DNA from: an uncultured Gemmatimonadales bacterium
GTDB taxonomy: Bacteria > Gemmatimonadota > Gemmatimonadetes > Longimicrobiales > Gaopeijiaceae
Length of the DNA: 64,000 nt
Assembly (NCBI GenBank): GCA_963823035.1
Contig: CAWGKG010000022.1
Coordinates: 1-64,000 of the forward strand
Direction: 5' to 3'
Within the stretch, counting starts at the first letter, position 1. Each line of letters opens with the position of its first letter. Shown one piece after another: positions 42,463 through 54,248 of the stretch. The notes beneath the pieces are model-generated. The model was given only the letters and a program-made list of their open reading frames with translations, made no database searches and had not been told where the DNA came from. A program made the translations under genes and the position numbers.

Positions 42463-43185
42463 TCAGCGCACCGCGCGAACCCATGCGTTGAAGGCCCCGG
42501 ACTCGACCGCGAGGATGGCGTCGTAGAAGTAGACCACCCACCCTCCGCCGTCGGGCGGCCGGTCGGCCGTCCAGATGAAGTTTCCGCCGCGCGAGAAGGC
42601 CGAGGCGATGTGGAACTCGTCGATCGGCTCGGGCTCCATCAGGGACATGGCCTCTTCAGCCGTGGGGAGGCGCCAGTCGGTGAACCCCGCGAAGCGGCGG
42701 CCGTTCAGGTCGTCCAGGTACGCCGCGGCGTCCTCCATCGTCATCGGCTGCGCGCTCGCCACCTTCTGCCAGGTGAGACCCGTAGCCCCGTCCTCCACCA
42801 CCACGGCGTCTCCGATCACACGCGCCGCGTACAGGTGGCGGACGCCCTTCCCACCCGGATTGCGTCGATCCTCGAAGTAGTCCAGCCGGACCAGCATGGC
42901 CTCCACCTTCGCGGAGGACAGCACGGCCGGCGCGCTCCGCAACTGGAGCGCTTCGGGCGCGGCCGAGGGCCCCGCGCTCCCGCGGGGGGCGGACGTCCCA
43001 CCGGTCGACGGGGGCTCCGTGGACGACGCATCCGCGGGGTCGTCCCCGCCGCCCCGCCCACGACGGCCCACGAGCCCCGCCTTGTTGAAGGCCGCAACCA
43101 GGGATCCCACGGCGGCGATGACGCCTGCCAGCGCGGTGAGGATCCCCGGGATCGTGGTCCAGAACGACGAACCCTCACCAGCCAT
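42463..43185 (-). CDS. Membrane-anchored DUF1566 (Lcl C-terminal, C-type lectin fold) protein
   Basis: Transmembrane FWTTIPGILTALAG; D.ATGLTWQ, GFTDWRLPT..E..SL, WVRAVR terminus. Confidence 0.85.
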   Translation of the reverse strand: MAGEGSSFWTTIPGILTALAGVIAAVGSLVAAFNKAGLVGRRGRGGGDDPADASSTEPPSTGGTSAPRGSAGPSAAPEALQLRSAPAVLSSAKVEAMLVRLDYFEDRRNPGGKGVRHLYAARVIGDAVVVEDGATGLTWQKVASAQPMTMEDAAAYLDDLNGRRFAGFTDWRLPTAEEAMSLMEPEPIDEFHIASAFSRGGNFIWTADRPPDGGGWVVYFYDAILAVESGAFNAWVRAVR

Positions 43186-43291
43186 CGCGGCGTGCTCCTC
43201 GTCGGGGATGCGGGTGGGCGAGCGCCCGGGGACGTATAGGTGGACCGCGACGGGAGCGTCAAGGGACGCGGGTGGGGACGGGTCCGGTCCG

Positions 43292-43773
43292 TCAGGTGCC
43301 GGTGAGGACGAACCGCGCCTCGTGGCACTCGTGCGCCCCGCGGGCGGTGTCGGTGTAGACGGCGCTGCCCGTGATGACGCGTCCGCTGGCGCAGAGGGTC
43401 CCCTTGAGGACCCACATCGCCGTCCGGAAGACGTTGGTGACCCACAGAACCACCTCGTCCCCTCGCACGGCCCCGAACATCGGACCCTCCAACCCGACGC
43501 GAGGGGAGCTGCATGCTCGTCGCCGAACCCTCTTCCGAGTCCCTCGGCCGATGCACCCGTGGCGTCGAGCCACCCCGAGCCCACCAGGTAGGAGCCGGCA
43601 TGGAGCACGTCCAGGAGCCCGGTGCTCACCGTGCGGGGCGCACCACTCTCCAGCGTCTCGCTGATCTTGCACACCCAGCGGCCCGGGAGGAGCGCCGCGG
43701 ACGGGCCGACGTATGCGGCCCCCTGGTGCACGAAGGAGTACGCGGACGCGAGGATCGTCGGAGACGCGTGCAT
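43292..43773 (-). CDS. Hypothetical beta-rich protein (frameshift near 43505)
   Basis: Two partial ORFs join into a protein of about 160 aa. Confidence 0.45.
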
Positions 43774-43912
43774 GGGAAGAGGCTCCCGATCGAGTCGTGA
43801 AAGGCGTTGTGGGGCGCCTCTACGATGCTCTCCGGGGGATGCGCGCTGCATACGTCGGATGACGTAGGTGGGGGGTCGCCGGATACGTATCGGGCCCCCT
43901 GCCGGGGCTACG

Positions 43913-44439
43913 TCACGCCCCGTCGGGCTCCTTCGCCGGGGCGGACGACTCCTCTCCGTCACGGCCGTACACCGGCTGGCAGGGATCCCGCCCCGACGCG
44001 CCCGCCGCGCCCAGTCCGACCCAGAGGAGGAGGGTCGTATCCCGGGGCTCGCTCCAACGGGCGTCCACCTGGAGCTGCCCGCGAGCGCCCGTGCGGTACG
44101 TGAAGGGTACCGACTCGCCCCCCGCAACGCTGGCCTCGAGATGCCCCTCGCCGAGGACGTCGCGGGCCTCGAGCTCCCAGCGCCCCGAGATCCCCGCGTA
44201 CACCTGGAGGCATCCGCTCAGCGTGAGCCCGCCGGTCGGCATCGGGCGCGTCACGAAGCGCGCCCTTCCCCTGATGCACCGGAATGCTGACCCACCCCCC
44301 GCCCTGCTCGATGCCGCGCAGGAGGTCGAGCACGGACTGCGCCCCGGCGCCGGCCGGACGCGCCATCGAGCATGAGGGCGACGAGGGCGAGCGGGAGCAG
44401 CCGCCGGAGCCTTGCGAGGTCGATCGTCGGCGTGGACAT
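43913..44439 (-). CDS. Secreted hypothetical protein (frameshifted)
   Basis: GGAGAGGG ribosome-binding site, signal peptide LLPLALVAL..AGAQ, continued in ORF 43913..44254. Confidence 0.55.
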
Positions 44440-44447
44440 GCCCTCTC

Positions 44448-45419
44448 CTACACCGCGAGGCCCGCGAGAGCCCGGATCGTCTCCACGGCCGCCAGGCCGA
44501 CGCGGTGTGGCTCGTATCCGCCCTCCAGGAGCGCGACCACCCTTCCCCCGCACCGCTCCTCGGCCAGCGCGACCACCCGCGTGCCCATCGCGTGGAAGTC
44601 CTCGGGCTCGAGGAGCTGGCCCCCGAGGGGGTCGCCCGCGAGCGCGTCGAAGCCGGCCGACACCAGGACGAAGTCGGGCGCGAAGCGGGCGCTCACCTGG
44701 TCGAGCGCGAGGTCGAAGACCCGCCGGTACTCCCTCGGGGACGTGTGCGCGGCCATGGGCACGTTGAGCGTGGTGCCCCGCCCGTCCCCCGACCCCGTCT
44801 CCTCCGCGTCGCCGGTGCCGGGGTACCAGGGCGCCTGGTGCAGGGAGAGGTAGAAGACCGTCCCGTCCTCGTAGAAGGCGTCCTGCGTCCCGTTCCCGTG
44901 GTGCACGTCCCAGTCGACGATGAGGACCCGCTCGGCCCGTCCCGTCGTCTGGAGATGGCGCGCCGCCACCGCCACGTTGTTGAAGAGACAGAAGCCCATC
45001 GCGTGCTGCGGGGTCGCGTGGTGGCCGGGCGGGCGCGTGGCCACGAAGGCCGACGCCAGCCGACCGTCGGCCACGGCGTCCACCGCGGCGATCGAGGCCC
45101 CCGCGCTTCCGAGCGCCGCCTCCCACGAAGCCGGAGACACCCGCGTGTCGGGGTCGAGCGGGAGGACCTTCTGCTGCAGGTCGGCCCGGTGGCACATCTC
45201 GCGCACGTACTCCACCTGCGTGGGGGTGTGCACGAGGAGGAGGTCGTCGACGGTGGCCTCCGGCGACTCCTGCTGCTCGACGTGTCCATGCAGCGTGAGC
45301 ATGTCCTTCCCCACCGTGGACGCGAGCGCACGCAGGCGGCCCTGGTGCTCGGGGTGGCCCCACCCGGTGTCGTGCAGGGGCGAGGCGGGGTGGAGATAGA
45401 AGCCGGTGGGCGCACGCAC
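44448..45419 (-). CDS. Histone deacetylase-family amidohydrolase
   Basis: [39 protein letters not shown]. Confidence 0.95.
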   Translation of the reverse strand: MRAPTGFYLHPASPLHDTGWGHPEHQGRLRALASTVGKDMLTLHGHVEQQESPEATVDDLLLVHTPTQVEYVREMCHRADLQQKVLPLDPDTRVSPASWEAALGSAGASIAAVDAVADGRLASAFVATRPPGHHATPQHAMGFCLFNNVAVAARHLQTTGRAERVLIVDWDVHHGNGTQDAFYEDGTVFYLSLHQAPWYPGTGDAEETGSGDGRGTTLNVPMAAHTSPREYRRVFDLALDQVSARFAPDFVLVSAGFDALAGDPLGGQLLEPEDFHAMGTRVVALAEERCGGRVVALLEGGYEPHRVGLAAVETIRALAGLAV

Positions 45420-45438
45420 GCGACGGTCCGGACGCGCC

Positions 45439-48400
45439 TCAGTCGCCCGTGACCGCGGCGAGCGACGCGATCCGTTCCTGGAGCGAGCGTACCGAATGCG
45501 TACGTGACTTCAGGGCGATGAGCGCGTCGCACGCGGCCGAGGTGGCCGACATCGTCGTCAGGTACGGCGTCTTGTACATGATCGCGGCTCGGCGCATGGC
45601 GTAGTCGTCGTATTGGGATTCCTTCCCCATCGGCGTGTTGATGAGGAGGCGCACGTCGCCGCTCACGATGTGGTCGACGATGTTCGGACGCCCCTCGTTG
45701 ACCTTGTACACGCGCTGGGCCGGAAGCCCGAGGCGGGTCAGGTACTGCTGCGTCCCCTTCGTGGCCAGGATGTGGAAGCCCAGGTCGTGGAAGCGCCGCA
45801 TGATCGGCGTAACCGTCGCCTTGTCGGCGTCGTTTACCGTCACGATGATCATCCCCGGCTCTTCGGGCAGGACGTTCCCGGCCGAGACCTGCGCCTTGGC
45901 GAAGGCCATCCCGAAGGAATCGTCGAAGCCCATCACCTCGCCGGTGGAGCGCATCTCCGGGCCGAGGAGCACGTCCACGTCGAAGCGGTTGAAGGGGAAC
46001 GCCGCCTCCTTGACCGCTACGCCCGGCACGGGCGGCTCCTCCGGGACGTCGAGGTCGGCCAGCTTCTCGCCGACCATCACGCGGGCTGCCAGGCGCGCCA
46101 GCGGCACCCCGGTCGCCTTGCTCACGAACGGCACCGTGCGCGAGGCCCGCGGGTTCACCTCGAGCACGTAGACGGTGCCGGCCTTGATCGCGTACTGGAC
46201 GTTCATGAGCCCGACCACGCCCAGCTCGAGCGCGAACTTGCGCGTCAGATCCCGGATCTCGTCGAGCACCGCGCCCGAGAGGAGATAGGGCGGCAGCACA
46301 CAGGCGGAGTCGCCGGAGTGCACGCCGGCGTCCTCGATATGCTGCATGATCCCGCCGATCACGACATCCTCTCCGTCGCACAGGGAGTCGACGTCGGCCT
46401 CGAAGGCGTCCTCGAGGAAGCGGTCGACCAGCACGGGATGGTCCTCGGAGGCCCGCACGGCCTCCTCGATGTAGAGGCGCAGCGACTCCTCGTCGTAGAC
46501 GATGCGCATGCCGCGTCCGCCCAGGACGTACGAGGGGCGCACCAGCACCGGGTAGCCGATGCGGCGGGCCACGCTCCACCGCTTCCTCCTCGCTGGTGGC
46601 GATGCCGTTGTCCGGGACACGCGCGCCGATCTTGCGGCACACCTCCGCGAAGCGGTCGCGGTCCTCGGCGCGGTCGATCGCCTCGACCGACGTGCCCAGC
46701 ACGGGGATCCCCGCCCGCTCGAGCCCTTCGGCGAGCTTGAGCGGCGTCTGGCCGCCGAGCTGCACGATCACGCCACGCGGCTTCTCCAGATGGAGGATCT
46801 CGAGGACGTCCTCGAGGGTGAGCGGCTCGAAGTACAGCTTGTCGCTCACGTCGAAGTCGGTGGAGACGGTCTCGGGGTTCGAGTTGATCATGATCGTCTC
46901 GAAGCCCGCCTCCTTCAGCGCGAGCACGGCCTGCACGCAGCAGTAGTCGAACTCGATCCCCTGGCCGATGCGGTTGGGCCCGCTGCCGAGGATGACGACC
47001 TTGTCGCGGTCCGACGGGACGCTCTCCGACTCGTCCTCATAGGAGGAGTAGAAGTAGGGGGTCTCCGCCGGGAACTCGCCCGCGCAGGTGTCGACCACGT
47101 TGAAGGTGGCGTGGATGCCCGCCTCCCACCGGCGGTTGCGCACGTCCACCTCACGCTCTCCGCGCAGCTCCGCGAGCTGGCGGTCGCTGAAGCCCTCGCG
47201 CTTCATGCGTCGGAGGAAGGCGTCGTCCACCTCCGCGGCCGCCGCGTAGGCACGCTCGTTCTCGACGATCTGTCGGAGCTGGTCGAGGAACCACGGATCG
47301 ATGAAGGTCGCCTCGTGGATCTCCGTCTCCCCGATCCCCGCCTCGATGGCGCGCTTGAGCTGGAAGGGGCGGTTGGGCGTCGGCCGGCGGAGCGCGGACA
47401 GGAGCGTCTCCGGATCCTCGTCGCGGAGGCCGTCGTCCTTGAGGCGTCGCCCCGTCACCCACCCCCAGCGGCCCGTCTCCAGAGCCCGGAAGCCCTTCTG
47501 CCACGCTGAGCGGAACGTACGGCCGATCGCCATGGTCTCCCCGACCGACTTCATCTGCACGCCCAGCGTGTCGTCCACCTCGGAGAACTTCTCGAAGGCG
47601 AAGCGCGGGATCTTCACCACCACGTAGTCCAGCACGGGCTCGAAGGAGGCCGGCGTGGTCTTCGTGATGTCGTTGGGCAACTCGTGCAGGTGGTAGCCGA
47701 CCGCGAGCTTCGCGCCGACGCGCGCGATCGGGAATCCGGTAGCCTTCGAGGCGAGCGCGGAGGAGCGGGAGACGCGCGGGTTCATCTCGACGACGAGCAT
47801 CTCACCGTCCGCCGGGTTCACGGCGAACTGGATGTTGCACCCGCCCGCGGCGACGCCGATCTCGCGAATGATCGCGATCGACGCGTCGCGCATGCGCTGG
47901 TACTCGACGTCCGTGAGGGTTTGCGCCGGCGCGACCGTGATCGAGTCACCGGTGTGCACGCCCATGGCATCGAAGTTCTCGATCGAGCAGACGATGATGA
48001 CGTTGTCCGAGGCGTCGCGCACGACCTCGAGCTCGTACTCCTTCCATCCGATCACCGAACGGTCGATGAGCACCTCGGTGATCGGCGATGCGTCGAGCCC
48101 CTTCTTCACCGCGACCTCGAACTCCTCGCGGTTGTAGGCGATCCCGCCGCCCGTACCGCCGAGCGTGTACGAGGGGCGGATGATCGCGGGGTAGCCCGTG
48201 TCCTCGACGATCTCCAGCGCCTCGTCCACCGTTCCCGCGAAACCGCCGTGCGGAACCTGCAGGCCGATGCGCGTCATGGCGGCCGTGAACTGCTCGCGGT
48301 CCTCCGCCATCTCGATCGAGCGCTCGTTCGCGCCGATGAGCTCCACGCCGTACTTCTCGAGCGCACCGCTGCGATGAAGGTCCATCGCGATGTTCAGCGC

Positions 48401-48682
48401 CGTCTGACCACCCATGGTGGGAAGGAGGGCGTCGGGCCTCTCGCGCTCGATGACCTTCTCCACCCACTCCGGCGTGAGGGGCTCGATGTACGTCCGATCC
48501 GCGAGGTCCGGATCGGTCATGATCGTGGCGGGGTTGGAGTTCACCAGGACGACGCGGTAGCCCTCCTCGCGGAGGGCGCGCACCGCCTGGGTGCCGGAAT
48601 AATCGAACTCGCACGCCTGGCCGATGACGATGGGCCCGGAGCCGAGGATCAGGATGGTTTCGAGGTCGTCGCGTCGGGGCAC
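45439..48682 (-). CDS. carB: Carbamoyl-phosphate synthase large subunit (indel near 46575)
   Basis: [62 protein letters not shown]. Confidence 0.97.
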
Positions 48683-48722
48683 TAGCGGCAGGGAGGGTGG
48701 TAGGCGGGGGTCGGTTGGAGCC

Positions 48723-48839
48723 TCAGTGGGTGCTGCGCTTTCCGGACTCCTTCCGAACGGCTTTGGCGAGGGCGTAGGCACACCCGCCCCAGACGAAGGC
48801 CATCACCAGGATCATCGTCGTCCAGGTCGCCGTGGTCAT
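48723..48839 (-). CDS. MetS-like small subunit of NSS amino-acid transporter (38 aa)
   Basis: [46 protein letters not shown] ribosome-binding site; transmembrane helix with WGG and basic tail. Confidence 0.7.
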   Translation of the reverse strand: MTTATWTTMILVMAFVWGGCAYALAKAVRKESGKRSTH

Positions 48840-48945
48840 GAGCCCTCTCCCGCCGCTCGGCGGCCTTTCGGGGTGAAAAGTCGCAGAAAGGTGGCGCAAC
48901 CGCGGGAGGCGAGCAAGCGGACCCGCCCACGCCTCCGGGGACGCG

Positions 48946-49338
48946 TCAGCGCTCGATGTTGACCTGCACCCCGGCCGGAGGGATCACGAGGTTGGCCGGC
49001 GTGGCCGTGGAGATCACCGTGGCCGTGGGAGCGACCGAGGCGCGGTCCATGACCCGGATCCCGAAGTGCAGCGCCCCCCCCGAAGCGCTGACGAGCACCA
49101 CGCGGTGGCGCGCGGCCTCGCCGGGCTGGACCCCCAGGGACGCGCTGTAGGCCTGGGTGTCGCCCTGGCCCTCGAATCCCTCGATGCCGTCGCCGCTGAT
49201 CTCGAGGAGGACCGCGCCCAACATCTGGGGTCCGGTCACCGTCGCGGAGAGCGTCCCCGGCCCTTTGGGCCCCGAGTCGCAGCCCGCGGCGAGCGTCGCG
49301 CCGACGAGGGCGAGGGTGGCCAGCAGACGGCGGCTCAT
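48946..49338 (-). CDS. Small beta-sandwich lipoprotein
   Basis: Lipobox LAAGC; ATGA overlap with the protease stop. Confidence 0.8.
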   Translation of the reverse strand: MSRRLLATLALVGATLAAGCDSGPKGPGTLSATVTGPQMLGAVLLEISGDGIEGFEGQGDTQAYSASLGVQPGEAARHRVVLVSASGGALHFGIRVMDRASVAPTATVISTATPANLVIPPAGVQVNIER

Positions 49339-51853
49339 CGCTTCGCCTCCCCGCCGGCCGGGGCCGGCGTCTGCCCGGCACCCGCGGCCGCGAGCGCGCG
49401 GATGGCCGCGCTCATGGGCAGACCGGGGTTCGCGAGGACCCACGCGCGGAAGTCGCCCAGGTCGTAGTTGAGATCGTGGTTGCCCTGCCGATCCAGGAAG
49501 AGCTTCTGGTCGCTCGTGAGCGTCGCCCCGGTCAGGAGGAAGGGCGAGGCGAGCTGCGCCAAGGAGATCACGGGCGCCCGCACGTCGAGCGTCACCGTGC
49601 CGTGCGTGGTGAGCCCGAGCGCGTCACGTACCCGCAGCTGCAGCGGGAAGGAGCCCGTGACCCTGGCCGAGCCGCTGAGCCGCCCGGTCACGTCGAGGCC
49701 CAGCCCCTCGGGGAGCGTGCCGCCGAGCAGCGTCCAGACGTAGGGCGCGTTCCCGTTGTCGGGCTCCAGACGGCGGTCCTGGGGCTCGGAGGCCGCGAGC
49801 TCGACCGTGACGTCCGGGAGCGCGTACGTGATCTCGAAGTCTGCGCCGGCTTGCTTGGGCGCGTCCATCGTGATCGTCGCCGGGTTGGCCTGACCCGACA
49901 GCACGCCCGTCCAGTCGATGAAGCCGAAGCCCTTCCGCGGCACGGCCTGCACCATCACCGTCGCGTCTTTCGGAAACCAGAGGTCCTCCGTGACCGGGTC
50001 GGAGACGATCGATCCCGGCGAGATCCCGTCGACGCCGCCGGTGATCTCCACAGCAAGCTCGATCTGGAGTCCGCCGTACCGGGCCGTGAGCGTCACGTCG
50101 TCGAGCGGCGTGTCCACCGTCCGCACACGCGGCGAGGTCACGGCGTCACTCCACTCGATGAAGGGGCGGCGTATCCCGTCGTCGATCGCCTCGCCGGCCA
50201 GGGCCTCGACCTGGTGCTCCTCGTAGGGGGCCGAGAGGTAGGTGTGCGAGGTGCCGGAGACCGCGGCGCCGTCGACGGTGAAGAGGCCGCCGAGCCCGGC
50301 GTCGCCCTCCGAGCGGATCGTGACGCGCGTGAAGCGGGTGGTGGCCCGGAAGCTCACGTCCTGCCCGGCGCGCCGGATGTCCAGCAACGTGAGGCCCGTG
50401 GCCGAGCCGAGCTGCGAGCGCGCGGCCGGGTTCGACGCTGCGTGGAAGACGTCGTTGCCGCTCCCGGAGCCTGCGTAGGGGAAGGGATCACCGGCGTCCC
50501 CGCGCCCACCGCCCGGCGTCTGCAGGTCCGCCCTTCCGTCCGCCTGGCGCAGCCACACGCCCTGCTCGGCGAAGGCGTTCACGCGTGTTGGACGCCCAGC
50601 GCGCACCCAGGATCGACGGGCTGATCTGCCAGACCAGGAGCCCCTGGCCCATCAGGTTGCGGTCGAAGCCCATCGCCTCGCGGTTCTCGAGGAGGAAGTA
50701 CTCCCCGGAGCCGTCCTCGGCGTCCACGCGGTAGACGGTCTCGGAGGCTCTCCACGGGCGGGAGCACGAGCGTGCCGAGGTCGGTGTCCGGATCGAGCGT
50801 GACCACGTCGGCCCAGCCGAGCACCGCCTTGGTCCAGGCCCCCATGTGGCAGGGCGTCGAGGGCGTGCGCCCGTCGCATCCCCAGGCGCCCGTGGCCATG
50901 AGGTCCCAGTTCCCCGCCCCGTTCGACTTCCCGTCCCCGTCGTACGTGTCGTAGAGGTCGGGGAGGCCGAAGGCGTGACCCGCCTCGTGCGTGAACACCC
51001 CGATCTCGTTGAGCTGAACGCCCGAGCAGGAGATCGCGGGCTGGATGAAGTAGTCGTCGACCCGGACGAAGCCGCCGTTCGCGGATGGGGTGGTCGAGGC
51101 CCAAGCGCTGTGCGAGGTGGTCGCCGAGCTCAGGCTCCACTTGTGGGACCACACCTTGTTCGAGGACTGGCTCCCACCGCACTCGGCGCCCGAGGTGGGC
51201 TGGATCACGGCCAGGGCGTCCACGAAGCCGTCGTCGTCCCCGGAGTTGGGCACGCCGTCCGGGCCGTCGTTGTCGTAGGCGCCCCAGTCGATGTCCGGCT
51301 GTGCCTCGAGCAGGGAGGTGATGAAGTCACCCACGCGGGCCGGCGGTTGGAGCCCGCTGGCCCCGCCGGCGGTCTGCGCCTGCGTGAGCGAGCCGCGTAC
51401 CCAATCGCGCACGTCGCCCTCGAGCGTGACGCGCCCGCCGGACACCTCGGAGTAGTACGCGGTGATCGTCCCCGATCCGGTGCCGAAATACGCGCTCTCG
51501 AGGCCGTCCCGCGGGTACGGGACCGTCTCGGTGGGCGAGTCGCTGTAGAGGCCGAGGAGCACCGGAATCCGAAAGGTGCCCACCACGGCTCCCTCACGTG
51601 GCCCGATCACGGACAGCGGGTCGGCGAGGCTCGCGCCCCCGCGAGGCGCGAAGGTGCGCACGAGCGTGCGCATGCGCGCGGCCCTGCCGTGCGCGAACCG
51701 GAAGGCCTCGGGGTGCTGGGCACGCCAGGCGCGGTAACCGGGAGGGAGCGGCGTTCCGTAGATCTCGGAGAGCAGCTCCACGTCCTGGGACGCGACGGGC
51801 GCCGCGAAGACCGCCAGAGCGATCGACGCGACGAGCGTGCTACGAAGGCGCAT
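49335..51853 (-). CDS. M6 (immune inhibitor A-like) metalloprotease with Ig-like repeats (indels near 50745 and 50590)
   Basis: Signal peptide, YYSEVSGG, YDNDGPDG..DGFVD, IGVFTHEAGHAFGLPDLYD, WDLMATG, EYFLLENR, GTLPEGLGL Ig repeat. Confidence 0.9.
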
Positions 51854-52016
51854 AAGGCGATCAGAACCTCGGCGAGTGGCAGACCGGTGCGATACCCGGC
51901 GTCTTCCCTGGGGGTTCCTGCCCGGACGGAGGGTCCCTCCCGGAGCGACCCGACACGGCCGCACCCTTCCAATTAGGCCGTGGCAGAGCCACGGAGCAAG
52001 GATGAAGCGGGCGCGC

Positions 52017-52586
52017 TCAGGCGCCGAGATCCTCTCCGCGGATGCCGAGCCGGGCTCCGATCGAGCGCAGGCCGTCGATCACGTTCTGGATGTGCTCGTT
52101 GCGCTCGAGCCCGATCAGCTCGATCCCGTGCGCCACGTCGTCCCGGCTCACCCCTGCCGCGAACGTCTTGTCCTTCAGCTTCTTGACCACGGACTTGGGG
52201 GTCAGGTCGTCGATGCCGGTCGGGCGCACGAGACAGCAGGCGAACACCAGTCCCGACAGCTCGTCGCACGCGTAGAGCACGCGATCGAGCTCGGTCTCCG
52301 GCGCCACGCCCGTGAAATCGGCGCGGTGGGCCAGGATGGCGTGGATCACCGGCTCCGGGTAGCCGAGCTCCTGCAGCTTCTCGACCGCCTGGAGCGGGTG
52401 CCGGTCGGGGTACTTCTCCCAGTCGAGGTCGTGCAGCAGCCCCGCGAGGCCCCAGAGGTCCTCGTCGGCGCCCCGCTGGCGGGCGTAGTGCCGCACCGCG
52501 GCCTCCACGGCGTACATGTGCTTCCGGAGGGCCTCGTTGTCGACCCATTCCTCGAGGAGGGCGACGGCCTGCGCGCGTTCGGGCAT
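52017..52586 (-). CDS. HD-domain metal-dependent hydrolase
   Basis: LRKHMYAVE, GLLHDLD, ILAH, ACDELSG. Confidence 0.9.
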   Translation of the reverse strand: MPERAQAVALLEEWVDNEALRKHMYAVEAAVRHYARQRGADEDLWGLAGLLHDLDWEKYPDRHPLQAVEKLQELGYPEPVIHAILAHRADFTGVAPETELDRVLYACDELSGLVFACCLVRPTGIDDLTPKSVVKKLKDKTFAAGVSRDDVAHGIELIGLERNEHIQNVIDGLRSIGARLGIRGEDLGA

Positions 52587-52681
52587 GACTCTGGGCTGGC
52601 TAGGGGGATCGATCGACGTCGGGCGGTAGGTTGCGCTCGGCCGGCGTGGAGGTCAACGCCGGGGCGCTCGAGGACGTGCCG

Positions 52682-53332
52682 CTACACCCGCGACGAAGGG
52701 CACAGGTGCGACACCGCGCACGCCTCGCAGCGTGGCTTGCGGGCCACGCACACGCGCCGACCGTGCCAGATCAGGAGGTGCGCCAGCATCGTCCAGCGGT
52801 CCTTCGGGAACACCTCCATCAGGTCCTGCTCGATCTTCTCGGGGGTGCTCTCGCGCGTGAAGCCCAGGAGGTCGGCAAGCCGCTTCACGTGCGTGTCCAC
52901 CACCACGCCCTCGTCGATTCCGAAGGCGTTGCCGAGGATCACGTTCGCGGTCTTTCGGCCGACGCCGGGAAGGACGCGCAGCTCCTGCATGCTCGACGGC
53001 ACCTCGCCGTCGTGCTCCGCGACCACCGCGCGCGCGAAGCCGATGATGTTCTTCGCCTTGTTGCGGTAGAACCCGGTGGAGCGGACGATCTCCTCGACGT
53101 CCTCCTGGCGGGCCGCGGCGAGCGCGCCCGCGTCCGGATAGCGCGCGAAGAGGTCGGGCGTGACCATGTTCACCCGCTCGTCGGTCGTCTGCGCGGAGAG
53201 GATCGTCGCCACCGCGAGCTGGAAGGGGTCCACGAAGTCGAGCTCGCAATGGGCCTCGGGGTACTCGTCGCTCAGAAGCTCGTACACCTCCGCGGCCCGC
53301 TCCCTGCGGGCCTTCTTCGATTCCCTCGGCAT
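52682..53332 (-). CDS. nth: Endonuclease III
   Basis: LSAQTTDERVN, LPGVGRKTANV, VDTHV, C..RKPRC..C.....C. Confidence 0.96.
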   Translation of the reverse strand: MPRESKKARRERAAEVYELLSDEYPEAHCELDFVDPFQLAVATILSAQTTDERVNMVTPDLFARYPDAGALAAARQEDVEEIVRSTGFYRNKAKNIIGFARAVVAEHDGEVPSSMQELRVLPGVGRKTANVILGNAFGIDEGVVVDTHVKRLADLLGFTRESTPEKIEQDLMEVFPKDRWTMLAHLLIWHGRRVCVARKPRCEACAVSHLCPSSRV

Positions 53333-53477
53333 GCCGCGCGACTCCTTGTCGATCGAGTTCGGTTCGTTCCGGGGCGGGGCTAGCCCCGCAGGATCACCTT
53401 TCAAGTAGGGGAGCCGCGAGGGCACGGGTCCGCGGCCCTTCTCCCTCGTCCCCCTCCCCGCGCGCGCCCTCGCCCGG

Positions 53478-54237
53478 TCATGCCCCACGGTCGTGGCCAT
53501 CGCTGGGCGGCAGGTGCTTCTCGACCGCCTCGGGCACGGCGCGCTCGTACGCGAAGAGGCGTGCGGCGAGCTTGAGCACCTCCCCCGCCGCCGTCAGGGA
53601 GTAGAGCCCCTCGAGCTCGCCGCCCGGGAGCGTGGTGGCGAAGTCGTCTCCCGCCTCGCGCACGCTCGCCGCCATCCACGTGTCGGCCTCCGCCCAGGGC
53701 GCTTCCGGGAGCGGCACCACGCCCAGCCCCGGCCGCCCCTCGCGGATCCCCGTCGCGAGGAGGAGGTGGAGCGTGCCGTCCCCGGAGACCGTCCAGAAGA
53801 AGCCGTCGACCGGCTCGGCCGCGTCGTCGCCTCCGCCACCTCCGACCCAGAAGAGGTGGCGGGGAAGCTGCGCATACCCGGCGGGCGTCGGTGGATCACC
53901 GACGGCCTCCGCGGTGGGTGGGCCGCCGACCAGGAAGCGCGCCACGTGGACGTCCACCAGGTGCACCGGGCGCCCGGCGCGCACGAAGTGATAGACGTGG
54001 ATAGAGAAGCGCGATGTAGTCGTGGATCGCCTCCGAGGGCGCGTCGGGCGCCCTGGAGGCGCCGCACGGTCGCGCCCACGGAGCCGAGCATCGAGAAGGC
54101 GGCCCGGTCCGACGCGATCCACCTGGCGCGCCTCCGGCCTCGTCGTCGACGGAACGGACGAAGTCGTCGACCGCGGTCCGGTCGGGGAAGGCGAGCTCGA
54201 AGGGCGTGCGGCGGGCGTAGGCGTCGTGGAGGGGCAT
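53478..54237 (-). CDS. Hypothetical protein (frameshifted)
   Basis: MPLHDAYARRTPFEL..., GYAQLPRHLFW..PVDGFFW, FATTLPGG across frames. Confidence 0.6.
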
Positions 54238-54248
54238 GGCGTCCCTGC

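Noticed and set aside
42463..42600. Diversity-generating retroelement
   Set aside because: No reverse transcriptase, Avd or template repeat was found in the window.
44693..48781. Extended 1362-aa CarB
   Set aside because: An indel near 46575 moves the true C-terminal part into ORF 45439..46620.
51970..51999. MerR-type promoter (TTGCTC-N18-TAATTG with internal palindrome CCGTGGC-N3-GCCACGG)
   Set aside because: The -10 box is weak, no MerR gene is nearby, and the hairpin is equally explained as the 3' stem-loop of the HD-domain gene.
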